64,000 nt of DNA, from contig NC_043006.1 in NCBI RefSeq assembly GCF_006345805.1, positions 93,682,001 to 93,746,000 of the forward strand, read 5' to 3'. The notes under the pieces are model-generated. The model was not told the origin of the DNA. It was given only the letters and a program-made list of their open reading frames with translations, and made no database searches. Both the position numbers and the translations under genes were made by a program. The stretch is from Octopus sinensis (Eukaryota). Shown here piece after piece: positions 13,320 to 26,293 of the stretch (position 1 is the first letter of the stretch; every line of letters starts with the position of its first letter).

Positions 13320-13328
13320 ATAATTATA

Positions 13329-14410
13329 TTGGGTTGGCAACCAAGTTCCCGCCGTTTTTTTTTTAATTTAAATTTTTAAAAGGTTTAATAACAAATAACA
13401 ACTAATTGATCAATATTGTTTTTACCCTTATCGTTTACAACTTCTTCCCGACGTTCAACAAGATTTTCAATACCTTGTTGGTAGAAATCACCCGATTTCG
13501 ACTCGAAAAATTGATCCAACCAAGCTCTCAATTCTACATCAATATTGAACGAAATTCCGCGCATAGCATTTGAAAGAGATGGAGATCCGTTGGTGCCAAA
13601 TCAGGAGAGTATGGCAGGTGTGGCAGCACTTCCCAGCCATGCGTTTGAATGGCTTCTTTGGTCATATTGGCGATATGAGGGCGGGTGTTGTCGTGCAGCA
13701 GAAGAACTCCATGCTGCCGATTAAGTCTTTTCTCTTGAATAGCCGTGTTGAGTCGTTCCATCTGTTGAAGAAAGAGTTCCGCGTTGACCGTTTGGTTCCG
13801 TTCAAGCAATTCCTAATGGATAATCCCTTCCCAGTCCCACCATACGCACAACATCGTTTTACGCGGATGAAGATCTTGTTTCATGCGCGGTGTCGCTTGT
13901 TTACCGGGGCTAAGCCATTCCTTGCACTTCTTCATATTGATGTACAGGCCCAATTTTTCGTCGCCAGTAACGATTTGGTATAGAAATCGTTGCTTGTGTC
14001 CATGAGTTGAGCAGTGACGAGCAAGCAAACTAGCGGAGATTGTGGGTCGTTGATTTTTGTTCTTGCCACTTAAAAGCATGTGGAACCCATGCTCCATACT
14101 TCTGAACCTTTCCCATCGAGTGAAGATGATCCTCTATAGAAGTGTGGGAGCATTGCATTTTCTCTGCCAGTTTCCTTGTCGTTTGACGAGAATGTTCGTG
14201 CAAAAGTTTGTTTAATCGCTCTTCATCGAACTCAACTGGACGGCCAGAACGAGGTGCGTCTTTGAGGTCAAAAATTCCATTTTTGAATTTGGCATACTAA
14301 ATGAGCGGTTCTTTCAGCTATGGCATCCTCTCCATACACAGAACAAATGTCGCAAGCAGCTTTTTCGGCCTTAGAACCTTGATTAAAAGCAAAAAGAAGG
14401 AGGTGTCTTT
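13329..14410 (-). mobile_element. Mariner DNA transposon remnant (D,D34D transposase pseudogene, one TIR)
   Basis: TA-TTGGGTTGGCAAC terminus. Motifs RSGRP, GAWVPH, IVTGDEK, HPRKTMLCVWWD, LLHDNTRPH, YSPDLAPTD. Contains stops and frameshifts. Confidence 0.93.
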
Positions 14411-14439
14411 ATATTCCTTATTTTTATGTATTTATATAT

Positions 14440-14750
14440 ACCTTTTGTCTTTTAACTTTTATGGGTTTCAGCCATAAGTTGAGCTCATGCTGGTGCACCG
14501 CTTTAACTGCACCCGGGGATTTTTCCAGAATTGCTTCTGGTGAAGTAGTGAACTGGACGTTGCTGCTCTTCTTTGTGCCTCCTGCCACGATGTGAGTTCG
14601 TAGGGAATTGCAGGTAAAAGTCTCTCTAGACGTTTTTTGAAGACTTCCATGCCTACACCTTGCAGATCCCTGATGTTCTGTGGTAGGGCATTAAAATGTT
14701 ACGGCCCTTTGAATCCCAAGCTATTAAGATATTCGGTTCGTATACTCGAT
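14440..14750 (-). mobile_element. CR1-group LINE 3' fragment
   Basis: SLGFKGP..FNALP..IRDL...FKKRLE.LL..IP.E...RAATSSSLLHQ, then the GCGGTGCACCAGCATG...GGCTGAAAC tail. Confidence 0.85.
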
Positions 14751-14752
14751 GG

Positions 14753-14809
<57 letters not shown>

Positions 14810-15012
14810 ATGGATGAATGAATTATCCTATGTTTACCGTTAACATGGGAAATTCAATGAACAGTTACCAGGGTAGCAAATTCACGTCAGAAACACGGTT
14901 GAAGCGACCTATTCAAAGGTAGGAACTCCGAGTTAATGTGCAGTAATTTGTGTGTTATAAATGAATAAATAAATAAATGGAGTTGAACGAAGATGTTAAT
15001 AAAATTCTTTTA

Positions 15013-15094
15013 CTTTCAACATATGTTTCGAAGACAACATGGTTTTATTCCAAAAGAATAAACGGTGTAAAATGCAATCTTCTCATCAGGAAAG
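15013..15094 (-). ncRNA. Type I hammerhead ribozyme motif with canonical core
   Basis: Minus strand CUUUC-CUGAUGA-GAAGA-(43 nt)-UCUUC-GAAA-CAUAUG-UU-GAAAG. Stems I and II are 5 bp each, stem III is palindromic, and the cleavage triplet is GUU. Confidence 0.85.
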
Positions 15095-15360
15095 AAAGAG
15101 AGCCTCTCTCAACATCAAGGCATTATAACAATTACGATGGCTGCCTAAATGATAAACAGAACGTTATTAAGTATTTTAAAAAACCGTTAGTAGATTTGAC
15201 GTTAGGCAGATACTAGAAAGAGAAGTGTTAAAGAAATAAGTAGAGAACAAATAAAGGGGGATACGTTGGTTGAAAAATGTTCAAAGATTAAGAAGTAGAT
15301 TTCTCTATTGAAGTAAAGGGCAAGTTAAACTAACTGTTCAAACTATAAAGACTGGCGAAA

Positions 15361-15714
15361 TCACTTATATGAGTTAAAGGTATGTTTCTGCCAGTGTTTA
15401 CATTTGTACGATCGCTGTATAAGTGTGTTTACAAGGGGATTCTTAGAGAAGAGAATATGGAAGAGTTCAGAGTTGCAAATGTTACAAAATCTCTTGCCCT
15501 TATCGAAAGGAAAGGATACGGACAGTATGAACCAATCTAACTTAAAATCTATATTATTGTCTGTGCTATGGCGTTTTTAGCTATCCCTAAATGATGAATA
15601 ATGATTTGAAATTCTCTTGGATAACTGGGAAGTAGACGCGCCTATGTAGACATCAGTACCGGCAGAAATTTTACACTGGTATATAGAATTCTTGATCTTA
15701 GAATTATTAGACAA
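15361..15714 (-). mobile_element. Penelope-like element GIY-YIG endonuclease remnant (not in the ORF track)
   Basis: Manual translation: NSIYQCKISAGTDVYIGASTSQLSKRISNHYSSFRDS*KRHST..IDFKLDWFIL...FCNICNSELFHIL...KCKHWQKH. Confidence 0.85.
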
Positions 15715-15760
15715 AAATTTAATTATAAAATTATACCTATTTACATATACACATAAATAT

Positions 15761-15798
<38 letters not shown>

Positions 15799-15851
15799 TG
15801 TGTGTGCGTGTGGTGTGTGTGTGTGTGTGCGTGTGTGTGTGTGTGTGTGCG

Positions 15852-15882
<31 letters not shown>

Positions 15883-15893
15883 ATGTACATATG

Positions 15894-16109
15894 CAAGGGA
15901 ATACTCGAAAAGTTCTTGACTTTGGATAAAAGAAAATACAGGAGGATCAGTTGGTTATTTCATTCAACATATTCCCCCTCTCGGCTTCACACACTTATTG
16001 CAACAGCCCTTCAGTTTTTCTAAACTCTGTAAAAGAACTCCGAAGGTTGGGTCATCAACTAGGCTTTTCGCGAGAGCCTTAATGGCAGGAACTTTTCTGC
16101 ACTCCCTTG
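15894..16109. mobile_element. Tc1/mariner-type MITE
   Basis: Imperfect TIRs CAAGGGAATACTCGAAAAGTTCTTG / CAAGGGAGTGCAGAAAAGTTCCTG (reverse complement), within a (TG)n tract. Confidence 0.6.
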
Positions 16110-16128
16110 TGCATGTATGTGTATGTGT

Positions 16129-16167
<39 letters not shown>

Positions 16168-17069
16168 TGTGTGTGCGTGTGTGTGTCTCTGTGTGTGTGT
16201 CTGTGTGTGTGTGTGTGTATGTGTGTGTTTGTATGTGTTTGTATGTATGTGCATATTCATAAGTACATAGTTACATACATATATCCGGGTGTTTGTATAC
16301 GCCGGTGAAATTCTGACACCACCGCCATGATAGCAACTTCAACAATAAATTCAGCAACAGCTGTACTTTGTAAACCCTTTATCAGTGTATGTGTGTGTGT
16401 GTGTGTGTGATACAATTGTGAGAAAGTAAGAAGTACTTCCCCAGAGTCCTCTAATATGTCTATTCATTGCAACTGTGAATTACCCACTTCACTTATAAAT
16501 GCACTTATAAATGCACCCGGAGACCCATACTAAATGCTACAACTGAGGGTGCTGGTAGGCGATTGTTTTTGCTGTTGTTGTTGCTGGCCGTGGTGGTGGT
16601 GGTGGTGGTGCTGATTATGGTGTTAGAGTTGTTATTTTGTCGTCTTTGCTTTTGTTGTTGTTGCTGTTGTAGTCGCTCTCTTTGTTCTTTGGGGGCTCCT
16701 CATGGTTCTGATCTCACCCACCCACCACAAAAGACACTTCAGCCTTCTTAATCCCGCTTTTTCTCCGATCACATTGAGAATCCTTTGATTTGAAGGAGAA
16801 TTGGTTGCTATTTCTAGCCGGACCTGTGGCTGTTTTCTTATGTTTCTTGTGGTAATACTTGTAGTAGTAACTGACGACAATGATGGGAGTGGCGGTGGCG
16901 GTAATAGTGGCTGTTGTGGTTAATTTGCATAATTAATTGCTTTAATAAACCTAGGGACATAACCCAAATGGACAAAAACATGGCTTAAAATAAATCAATT
17001 TAAAAAAAAATGATATACGAAATAACGAACACACAAGTAAATAATAAAAATGATATTTAATTGTAAATT

Positions 17070-17307
17070 CTGTTGTGTCTGGGGAGAGTCATTTTCTTTT
17101 TGTGCATTATAATTTAACATTCTCACCGCTAAAATTTCCACTTTTCGTTGCGTCTTGCAACCTTTTTAATAGTCAAGACTATTGAATAGGTTGCAAGACG
17201 CAACGAAAATTTAGGAAAATAAAATAAGAAATAAGTGGAAATTTTACCGGTGAATGTGTTACGTTATAAAGCACAAACAGAAAGATGAATCTCCCCAGAC
17301 ACAACAG
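17070..17307. repeat. Long fold-back inverted repeat; a third arm copy lies at 17450-17520
   Basis: Inner perfect 22-bp arms 17142-17163 / 17188-17209, centre AATAGTC-AA-GACTATT, outer arms CTGTTGTGTCTGGGGAGA / TCTCCCCAGACACAACAG. Confidence 0.9.
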
Positions 17308-17330
17308 TATATATATATATATATATATAG

Positions 17331-17365
<35 letters not shown>

Positions 17366-17403
17366 ATATAGATATATATATATATATGAATATGTATATG
17401 TAC

Positions 17404-17436
<33 letters not shown>

Positions 17437-17947
17437 TGTATGTATGTATGTGGAAATTTTACCGGTGAGTGTGTTAAATTATAAGGCACAAAATGAAAAT
17501 GGCTCTTCCCAGACACAACACAATATGCTTCAACACACGAACTCAAATAAAGAATCTTGCAAACCAAATTCAAAAACGAAATAATTGTAAATTCATTTAT
17601 ATTTTGAGCGGAAGTTTCAGTCTGTTACACAGTTTTAAACTGCTGCCTAATCCGAGGGTAACTTTAGCAGAGTCGATTGTTTTGTAGGTACTCACAGCAG
17701 TTAGAAAGTTGGCGGAGGCTGAAAAGGCTCAGGGTTACTGGCCGTTGTTCATTTATGAAGCCATTAAAAAATAACGTTTGAACGTTGCAGTCGAAGTTCA
17801 TGTGCCTCTACCTACAAATATAATGAGAATAGACATCTATACCCAGTAGATGCTTGTTTATGCTACTGGACATATGTTGTTGTTGTTGCTGTCATCAATA
17901 AGTGATGGTGGTGGACAAGCATAGATGCAAGGATATATATATGTGCA

Positions 17948-18115
17948 TACGACAGGCTTCCACACAATCTCCGTCTACGGAATTCACTTTCAAGACATTG
18001 GTCGGGCCAGGCTACAGTAGAAGGCAGTTGCCCAAGATATGACACCGTGGAACCGAACCCGAATACATGTAATTTCAAAACAAAGCCTCTCATCTACGCA
18101 GCCATACCTGCGCCT
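17948..18115 (-). mobile_element. SINE family A, 5' half
   Basis: Reverse complement of AGGCGCAGG...GTCGTA. Confidence 0.75.
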
Positions 18116-18189
18116 ATACTGAAATCTCTGAGATCGTTCAGCCAGTTCCGTAGCCTTCGAACAAATTCTCTGGGCAGCAGACTTCAACT

Positions 18190-18880
18190 TCTTTCTGTCC
18201 AAAATGGATTTTCAACCCAATATTTACCTCCTATTATTCATAGCTTTATTTGCTTCGTGATACACTGTTCCAAAATATAATTATTTCATGTTCTCTCGAA
18301 AATTTATAAATTCTTATGATGTCAACAACAAATCTTAATCTCAACATCTTTGTAGCCCCATGGTCCCCACATGTGGTCCATATAACCCTTGAAGGTCCAT
18401 ATAAGATTTCGTTGCTAAAGTTTATGACAAATAAACTGGTTATTCTTCTAGAAGAGACAAAATATTTCAACAATTTTTGCACAGTTCTTAATAATATCTA
18501 ATTATAAAAATATAATAGGATCTCAACAGCGTCTGTTCACGAGGCTGAGCGTATGGAGGCGTCAGTTGATGGTGGCATGTGAAGGACCAACTCCTGCCGA
18601 CAACTTACAAATGCTTGTGGTGGGCTTTTGTTAAACTCTTTTGAGTTGAACAAGACCCCATCCTATTCAACGAAAAGTTTGTCTGATATTTGTTTTTCTT
18701 CGAAGCTGATGCCACCTTCCTTTGAAACGTCGTTGTCAGTCCCTGGACTTTCCACTTTATTGATTTCTTTTCCGCTGCCCTTGAACTCAATCCGTCTTCC
18801 CAAAGGTAGCGTAAAATAACCCTAATTGCAATGTTTCCACTGTTCATTGTCAAAGACCGAAAACAAAGAATAGGCACTTA
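18190..18880 (-). mobile_element. Highly degenerate mariner-like transposase remnant
   Basis: IRVILRYLWEDGLSSRAA resembles the N-terminal HTH and FWNS...GKY resembles the C-terminus. Catalytic motifs are not recognisable. Confidence 0.4.
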
Positions 18881-18950
18881 ATGTTTACGTTATATGTGAA
18901 AATAAACAATTAGCGTTATTCTATAATTTTGAGATGAGGAATTCTGTACA

Positions 18951-19322
18951 TTATTTACAATGGACGGATAGGTGCCCTCATCTTGTTTTTGTTACCACAA
19001 CATTTCGGCTGATGTACTCTCCAGCCTTTATCGGGTGTTCTGGTGGAAATTCGAACCCAACACTTTATCTGACTTTTGGGATACTCTGTTCTCATTTCTA
19101 AGGTATTTTTGGTGATTTTATTTATTCAAGTCATTGAACCCGGAATCTTGGGGTTAGTAGCCAGTGCTCTTAACCACTACGCTATATGCCCGTGAGCAAT
19201 TATCGAGTGAATTTTAGGGCTTATAAACCTATCATTTTTGTTTCTTTCCTTGATACCGGTTCTCATATTCTACTCATATCTGCAGAATATTCAGGGTTCA
19301 ATCCCAGTCAGAGGCCTGAATA

Positions 19323-19386
<64 letters not shown>

Positions 19387-19558
19387 TCAGCAAAAAATAC
19401 CTTAGGAATGAGAAAAGGGTACCCCCATTTAGTCAAAAAAAGTGTTGAGTTCGAAATTCCACCAGGACACTTGATGAAGGCTGGAGTATACATCAGCCGA
19501 AATGTTGTAGTAACAGCAACAAATAAAATGAGGATACCTATCCGTCCATTGTAAATAA
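18951..19558. repeat. Inverted pair of ~170-bp hammerhead-bearing modules around a tRNA-like fragment and (TAA)n
   Basis: Arms 18951-19116 and 19386-19558. Each carries ACAC-YYGAURA-A-GGCUG-(10)-CAGCC-GAAA-UG-UU-GU. Confidence 0.85.
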
Positions 19559-20311
19559 GGATCTTTTTAAAGCATAAAATTTCGGGGCAGGAAGCTGAGT
19601 AAAATAAGATTCAATGGGTTCCATAGGAAAAAAAAATGGTCGAAAACTACTGATGTAGATGAGAAAGAGAAGGACAGGGATCAAGGGTTGCGAGAAGGGG
19701 AAATAGAGAGTAGAGTAGAAAAACAACACTTATAAAAATAAACAAATGAAGCATAAAAATAATTAATTAAGAGCTCGTGGAAGTTCTTTGTACCTCTAAC
19801 ACCTTGGTGAATATAATTTCCTTTTTAAAGCTTGGGTGAGTGATGGGTGAATAAATTAACTTGCGATTAGCTCTGATCTTTGACTCGATGGCCTTTTTCT
19901 TGATAGCAGCCATTCACTTCCCTTGATTGTCAGTCAATTTTCCCTTACGCTCTTCTGCCATTTTCTTTTCCTTTTTTTTAAATTTTTATTTCTATTCGAC
20001 TCCCCTATAGATACTCCTTAAGTCTTTTGTAACTTTTAAGAAGTTCCTAATAAGAAAAACGGAAAGAAGACCAACGTATTTTGTCGTCGCTGACAAATCT
20101 GTTTCATTCATTTCGAAGGCGAAAAATAAACACAAACAAGTATATTTGTCATTTTGTTTATTTTCTTTCGTTTATTAATTTGTGAATAGAACAAATCAAT
20201 CACATGATCCAGAAAGATACTGGAAGTGGCGGAAATGGTCAGCGTAATGGTTGACTGGCGACTTGGATGCTGGAGGCGGAAAAATACTGGACAATTTTAC
20301 CAGTTAGTCAG

Positions 20312-20367
<56 letters not shown>

Positions 20368-20392
20368 CGTCGTCGTCGTCGTCGTCGTCGTC

Positions 20393-20432
<40 letters not shown>
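20312..20432. repeat. Compound (GTA)n/(GTC)n microsatellite
   Basis: Direct inspection. Confidence 0.95.
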
Positions 20433-20433
<1 letters not shown>

Positions 20434-20759
20434 TAGTAGTGGTGGTGGTGGTGGGGGAGTCGTTGTTTAAGCCCTGGTCAACCCCTGTGCAAAAGCCTTC
20501 TCGCTGTGAGTAATCCCATCATGTTTCCCTATGAGCAGGTCATTTTCCACAAGGATGAGGTGCGATTCGTTGTGAGATTTAGCTACTATTTCTGGCAGTG
20601 TCAGTATCCATCCACAACCTCTTTTGTCCACTTGATATGACAGTGTTGTTTACTAGATAAGGAAGAACATTTCTGGATAGTTACTTGTTTTACTAGAAAT
20701 AGCAGTCAAATCTCCCTCAAATCTGATCTCATTTACTATAGTGAGCATCGCAGGTAAAT

Positions 20760-20994
20760 GGCAGCGAACTGGCAGAATTGTTAGCACGCCGGGCGAAATG
20801 CTTATCAGTATTTCGTCTGTCGCTACGTTCTGAGTTCAAATTCCGCCGAGGTCGACTTTGCCTTTCATCCTTTCGGAGTCGATTAAATAAGTACCAGTTA
20901 CGCACTGGGATCGATGTAATCGACTTAATCCGTTTGTCTGTCCTTGTTTGTCCCCTCTGTGTTTGGCCCCTTGTGGGTACTAAAGAAATAGGTA
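20760..20994 (+). mobile_element. SINE family B, full length
   Basis: GGCAGCGAACTGGCAGAATTGTTAGCACG head, GAGTTCAAATTCC B box, GCCTTTCATCCTTTCGGAGTCGAT...AGTACCAG Nin/Deu-like core, TAAAGAAATAGGTA end. Confidence 0.9.
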
Positions 20995-21334
20995 ATGAAA
21001 TAATCGGTATTACAGTATTGTTTGCGAAGAATTGAAGGAAATGGGCGAAGAGCTGATAAATAGGAGACGGAAGAAACATAGGAGACGATTGGGCGCGGCT
21101 GATTTGCATGTTGGCAATATGACGCAGATGACTGGATAATCAACCGATTTTTGGCGGGAGTACTTTCTGGCACTAAATGCAAACACACACACGTCCGCGC
21201 ACGCTTGCACGCATGTTCGTGTATTAAGAAGTATACACATACAGAGAGAAGGAGGGAGAGACAGAGAGAGAGAGAGGAGAGAGAGAGACAGAGAGAGAGA
21301 GAGATTACAGAAGATGCGCACATATATAAACAAA

Positions 21335-21446
21335 GAGACTTCGGTCGGCCCAAGGCTAAGATAGAAGACAAAATGCCAAGCATTGGGATTGAACCCGGAA
21401 CCATATTGGTGGGAAGGAACAAACTACTTACACACAGCTACGCCTA
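21335..21446 (-). mobile_element. SINE family A, 5' fragment
   Basis: GGTCGGCCCAAGGCTA...GAACCCGGAACCAT...CACAGCTACGCCT. Confidence 0.7.
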
Positions 21447-21481
21447 TACACACACAAATACACACACATATATATATGTGT

Positions 21482-21614
21482 GTTGCCCACAAGGGGCTAA
21501 ACATAGTGGTGACAAACAAGGACAGTCAAAGGGATTAAGTTGATTACATCGACCCCAGTGCAAAACTCGTACTTTTTTTATCGACCCCGAAAGGATGAAA
21601 GACAAAGTCGACCT
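21482..21614 (-). mobile_element. SINE family B, 3' half
   Basis: CCCACAAGGGGCTAAACA...GAAAGGATGAAAGACAAAGTCGACC. Confidence 0.8.
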
Positions 21615-21709
21615 ATAGGCGTAACTATATTTCTGTTACAATCTCTCTGTCTTTCTCTCCTCTCTCACATATTCTCCCTCTTCCTCTTTCTTCCATCTCA
21701 CTATTTGTG

Positions 21710-21948
<239 letters not shown>

Positions 21949-22197
21949 CTCTCCTTTCTCTCTCTCTCTCTCTATATCGCTATCTCTCTCCTCTCTATAT
22001 ATCTATATATATATATATATATATATCCACCTCCTCCATCTTTCTTCCCCTCTCTGCCCAGTCGTCCGGCAACTTACAATGAAACAACGCACTTCACTTC
22101 ATCTTAGCCCAGACTCACTCCTTTCTCCCGCCTCTTCATTGTCATCGCACACAACATTCAACACACACACACACACACACACGCACACACACAACAC

Positions 22198-22240
<43 letters not shown>

Positions 22241-22505
22241 TATGAGCACGCAATTATAAATTGATTTTTTATTGGAGAGATTAAGCGAATCTCAATTTGG
22301 AAGTAACGTCCTGAAAAGTTTATAAATATTTATTAATTATTTCAATGGAATCAAACGTGAAATAACCACTTAAGATATAGGCTACATGCATGTATGAATG
22401 TATGTGTGTGTGTGCGCGCGCGTTTGCACGTATAATTATCTGTATTTATAATTGCACTACGTAACCCGTGCTTGCATAAATTTTCTCATTGCCAATAAAC
22501 GCAAG

Positions 22506-22534
22506 TATATTATATATATATATATATAATAATA

Positions 22535-22573
<39 letters not shown>

Positions 22574-22660
22574 ATATAAGATATATATATATATATATAG
22601 ATAGATATTATAGATATATATATATATATAAGATATATATATAATAGAATATATATATAT

Positions 22661-22693
<33 letters not shown>

Positions 22694-22695
22694 AT

Positions 22696-22768
<73 letters not shown>

Positions 22769-22800
22769 TATATAATATGTATATATATATAGGTATATAT

Positions 22801-22838
<38 letters not shown>

Positions 22839-22843
22839 GATAT

Positions 22844-22874
<31 letters not shown>

Positions 22875-22942
22875 TATATAGATATATTATATAATTATAT
22901 ATATATATATGATATATTAATATATTATATATATAATATATA

Positions 22943-22991
<49 letters not shown>

Positions 22992-22993
22992 AT

Positions 22994-23026
<33 letters not shown>

Positions 23027-23042
23027 ATAGATATATATATAT
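22506..23042. repeat. Long imperfect (TA)n tract (~540 bp)
   Basis: Direct inspection. The interruptions may partly be long-read consensus errors. Confidence 0.92.
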
Positions 23043-23410
23043 AGGCGCAGGAGTGGCTGTGTGGTAAGTAGCTTGCTAAACAACCACAGGTTGCGGGTCA
23101 GTCCCACTGCGTGGCATCTTGGGCAAGTGTCTTCTGCTATAGCCCCGGGCCGACCAATGCCTTGTGAGTGGATTTGGTAGACGGAAACTGAAAGAAGCCT
23201 GTCGTATATATGTATATATATATGTATGCTGTTTTGGTGTTCTGTGTTTGTCCCCCCTAGCATTGCTTGACAACCGATGCTGGTGTGTTTAGGTCCCCGT
23301 CACTTAGCGGTTCGGCAAAAAGAGACCGATAGAATAAGTACTAAAAGGTGGTGCTTCCAGCATGGGCGCAGTCAAATGACTGAAACAAGTAAAAGAGTAA
23401 AAGAGAGAGT
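23043..23410 (+). mobile_element. SINE family A, near full length with a short internal deletion
   Basis: Nearly identical to 1882-2286. Confidence 0.9.
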
Positions 23411-23528
23411 AAATATATATTATATATACTATATATATATATATATATATATCCATGTATATATGATGTGTACATATAAATATGTAATGTGCATGTATAT
23501 GTATATATGTATATATATATATGTATAT

Positions 23529-23577
<49 letters not shown>

Positions 23578-23587
23578 ATATATTATC

Positions 23588-23628
<41 letters not shown>

Positions 23629-23757
23629 AAGATTCAGATGAATATGGTAATTAAGTTGAGGCGCCAGAATTTAGTACTGTATTATCCATATCCACTAAAT
23701 GAAGTTGCATGAAACGATAGTACAGCATTACCTCTCTGGATATCCTTGTTGTTATTT

Positions 23758-23806
<49 letters not shown>

Positions 23807-23948
23807 TGAGAGAGACTGGTGGCTATACATATACACATAAATGGATATAATAACAAATACACGCATATTAAATCGTACATATGTCAACCTATATATAAAA
23901 TACACAACACAGACATACAGACAGAAGAAGACGCAGCCGTCTTTACGC

Positions 23949-24025
<77 letters not shown>

Positions 24026-24178
24026 AGGCGGAACACGTGCTCTATGTCAATATTATATACCATACACGGAGATTATAAAACGTAAAGACTATAAACATTA
24101 TTGCATATAGCGTTTGTGTAATTGTATATTTAAATATATACATAAGCACATTCAAACATCCACACATGATATATATTT

Positions 24179-24249
<71 letters not shown>

Positions 24250-25061
24250 CATACACACACACACACCCACACACACACACACTGACGTATATATATATGA
24301 ATAGATAAATACATCCATGCATACATGTATTCATACATACATACTTATTTACATATCTGACGGTTACGGTCACACGTGTAAAGAAATTATAATAAAAGCA
24401 AAATGAATGGAGAAAACAAAATGGTGAAAGCGGCCATGTCTCGCCGTCCATTGGGGACGTAGACATGTGTGAGTGTCAGCCATAGTAAACGCAATAAAGC
24501 CAGTGAGAATCAGTCGTAGCGTTTTTCTGTTACAAACAGATGTTGTATGCAATGAAGCATCGTCTGCGAGATCCTATTTTCTCTGTAGCAGACAACACCG
24601 GCCATCATCATCTAACCATTAAACACTTCACTGGCTGCTCACCGACCAACCAACCGACCGGCAGTCAGCGGAGCTTGGCGACCGAAAACGGTGCCTTTTG
24701 TTTTTCTCTTTCTTATTAGTGTTTGTTGTTGCTGTTGTTTCTGCTGTTTTTCTACTGCTGATGTTGCTGCCGTTGTTCAATAATGTCGCGGCTGATGGAT
24801 GTAGGATGCAGGAAATTGATTGAAGCAGACGATCGGAGGAGAGGGATAGGAAAGCGAGTAGGTGGAGGGGAGGAAACGAAGGCTGTAATGAAATGAACTC
24901 GTTACTTTTATTTGTTTCAGTCAATGAACGGTGGGGTGGCTATGCTGAGGTATTGTTGCGTGCTTGTATGAGTGTTTTTGTGTGTGTATGCGCGCTTACT
25001 CGCATAAAAACACACACACGCACATACACATATATATATGAGTGTGTATATATATATATAT

Positions 25062-25244
25062 TTCTTTACTACCCACAAGGGGCTAAACATAGAGGGGACA
25101 AACAAGGACAGATAAAGGGATTAAGTCGATTAATCTTTAGGTGTTTTCACTCAATAAACACACACAACGCCCGGTCTGGGAATCGAAACCGCGATCCTGC
25201 GACCGCGAGTCCGCTGCCCTAACCACTAGACCATTGCGCCTCCA
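25062..25244 (-). mobile_element. Adjacent SINE fragments: family B tail (25062-25130) and family C head (25136-25244)
   Basis: Matches to full copies elsewhere in the window. Confidence 0.8.
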
Positions 25245-25245
25245 C

Positions 25246-25289
<44 letters not shown>

Positions 25290-25515
25290 TTATGAAACAG
25301 TGTGTAAGGAGTCGATGAGAGGAGGAGAGAGAAAAAGAAAACAGGAGGAGGATGGAATAGGGAGAGAGAGAAGGCGGGAAAGAAAGAGGTGGTAAAGTGG
25401 CAAACTGCATCGGCTGGCGAAAGTCAATGACGTGTGAAGCAGAGACCGCAATAAATAAGCTGCAACGGCTGGCTTTGGATGTTTGTGTGAGTGTATGTAT
25501 AGATGTGTGTGTGTG

Positions 25516-25605
<90 letters not shown>

Positions 25606-26018
25606 TAAAGAGAGCGATGGTTAGAGAAAAGGAGATGAAAAGAGAAAATAGGAGAATGAGAAAGTGGGAAAGAGAAAGGGAGATAAATTTTAAGTAAAGA
25701 AAATTAATGACCCCGTGACGTTGCGATTCGGCAAAAAAGTGTTGAACGAAGAAGAATGAGAAAGATTTTTATAATTAATAAAGTGCGGCATCATCTATAG
25801 ACTTGTCACCATATTTAGAGAAAACGTTTTAATTCTTCACTGTAATTAATTATTAACTAAAAACAATCCGTTAAAGATAGCAAACACACGTACATCATTG
25901 CATAAAATAAATATAACAATAGCAGAGGATAGTGAAATGTTATCTTAGATATATTTAGTTAGGCCTGATATTTCGGGCAAAACCACTCTTTCCGAAAAGC
26001 GTGCAAAAAGCGAGAGAG

Positions 26019-26054
<36 letters not shown>

Positions 26055-26065
26055 TGGGTGGGGGA

Positions 26066-26220
26066 AGCGTGGCTGTGTAGTAAGTGGCTTGCAAACCAAC
26101 CACATTGTTCTGGGTTCAGTCTCACTGCGTGGCACCTTGGGCAAGTGTCTTCTACTATAGCCTCCGGTTGACCAAAGCCTTATGAGTGGAGTTGGTAGAA
26201 CGGAAACTGAAAGAAGCTCG

Positions 26221-26223
<3 letters not shown>
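26066..26223 (+). mobile_element. SINE family A, 5' half
   Basis: GCGTGGCTGTGTAGTAAG...GGAAACTGAAAGAAGC. Confidence 0.85.

Positions 26224-26293
<70 letters not shown>

Noticed and set aside
24340-24860. GC-richer stretch as a possible promoter or first exon
   Set aside because: No splice, ORF or motif evidence that can be supported from sequence alone.
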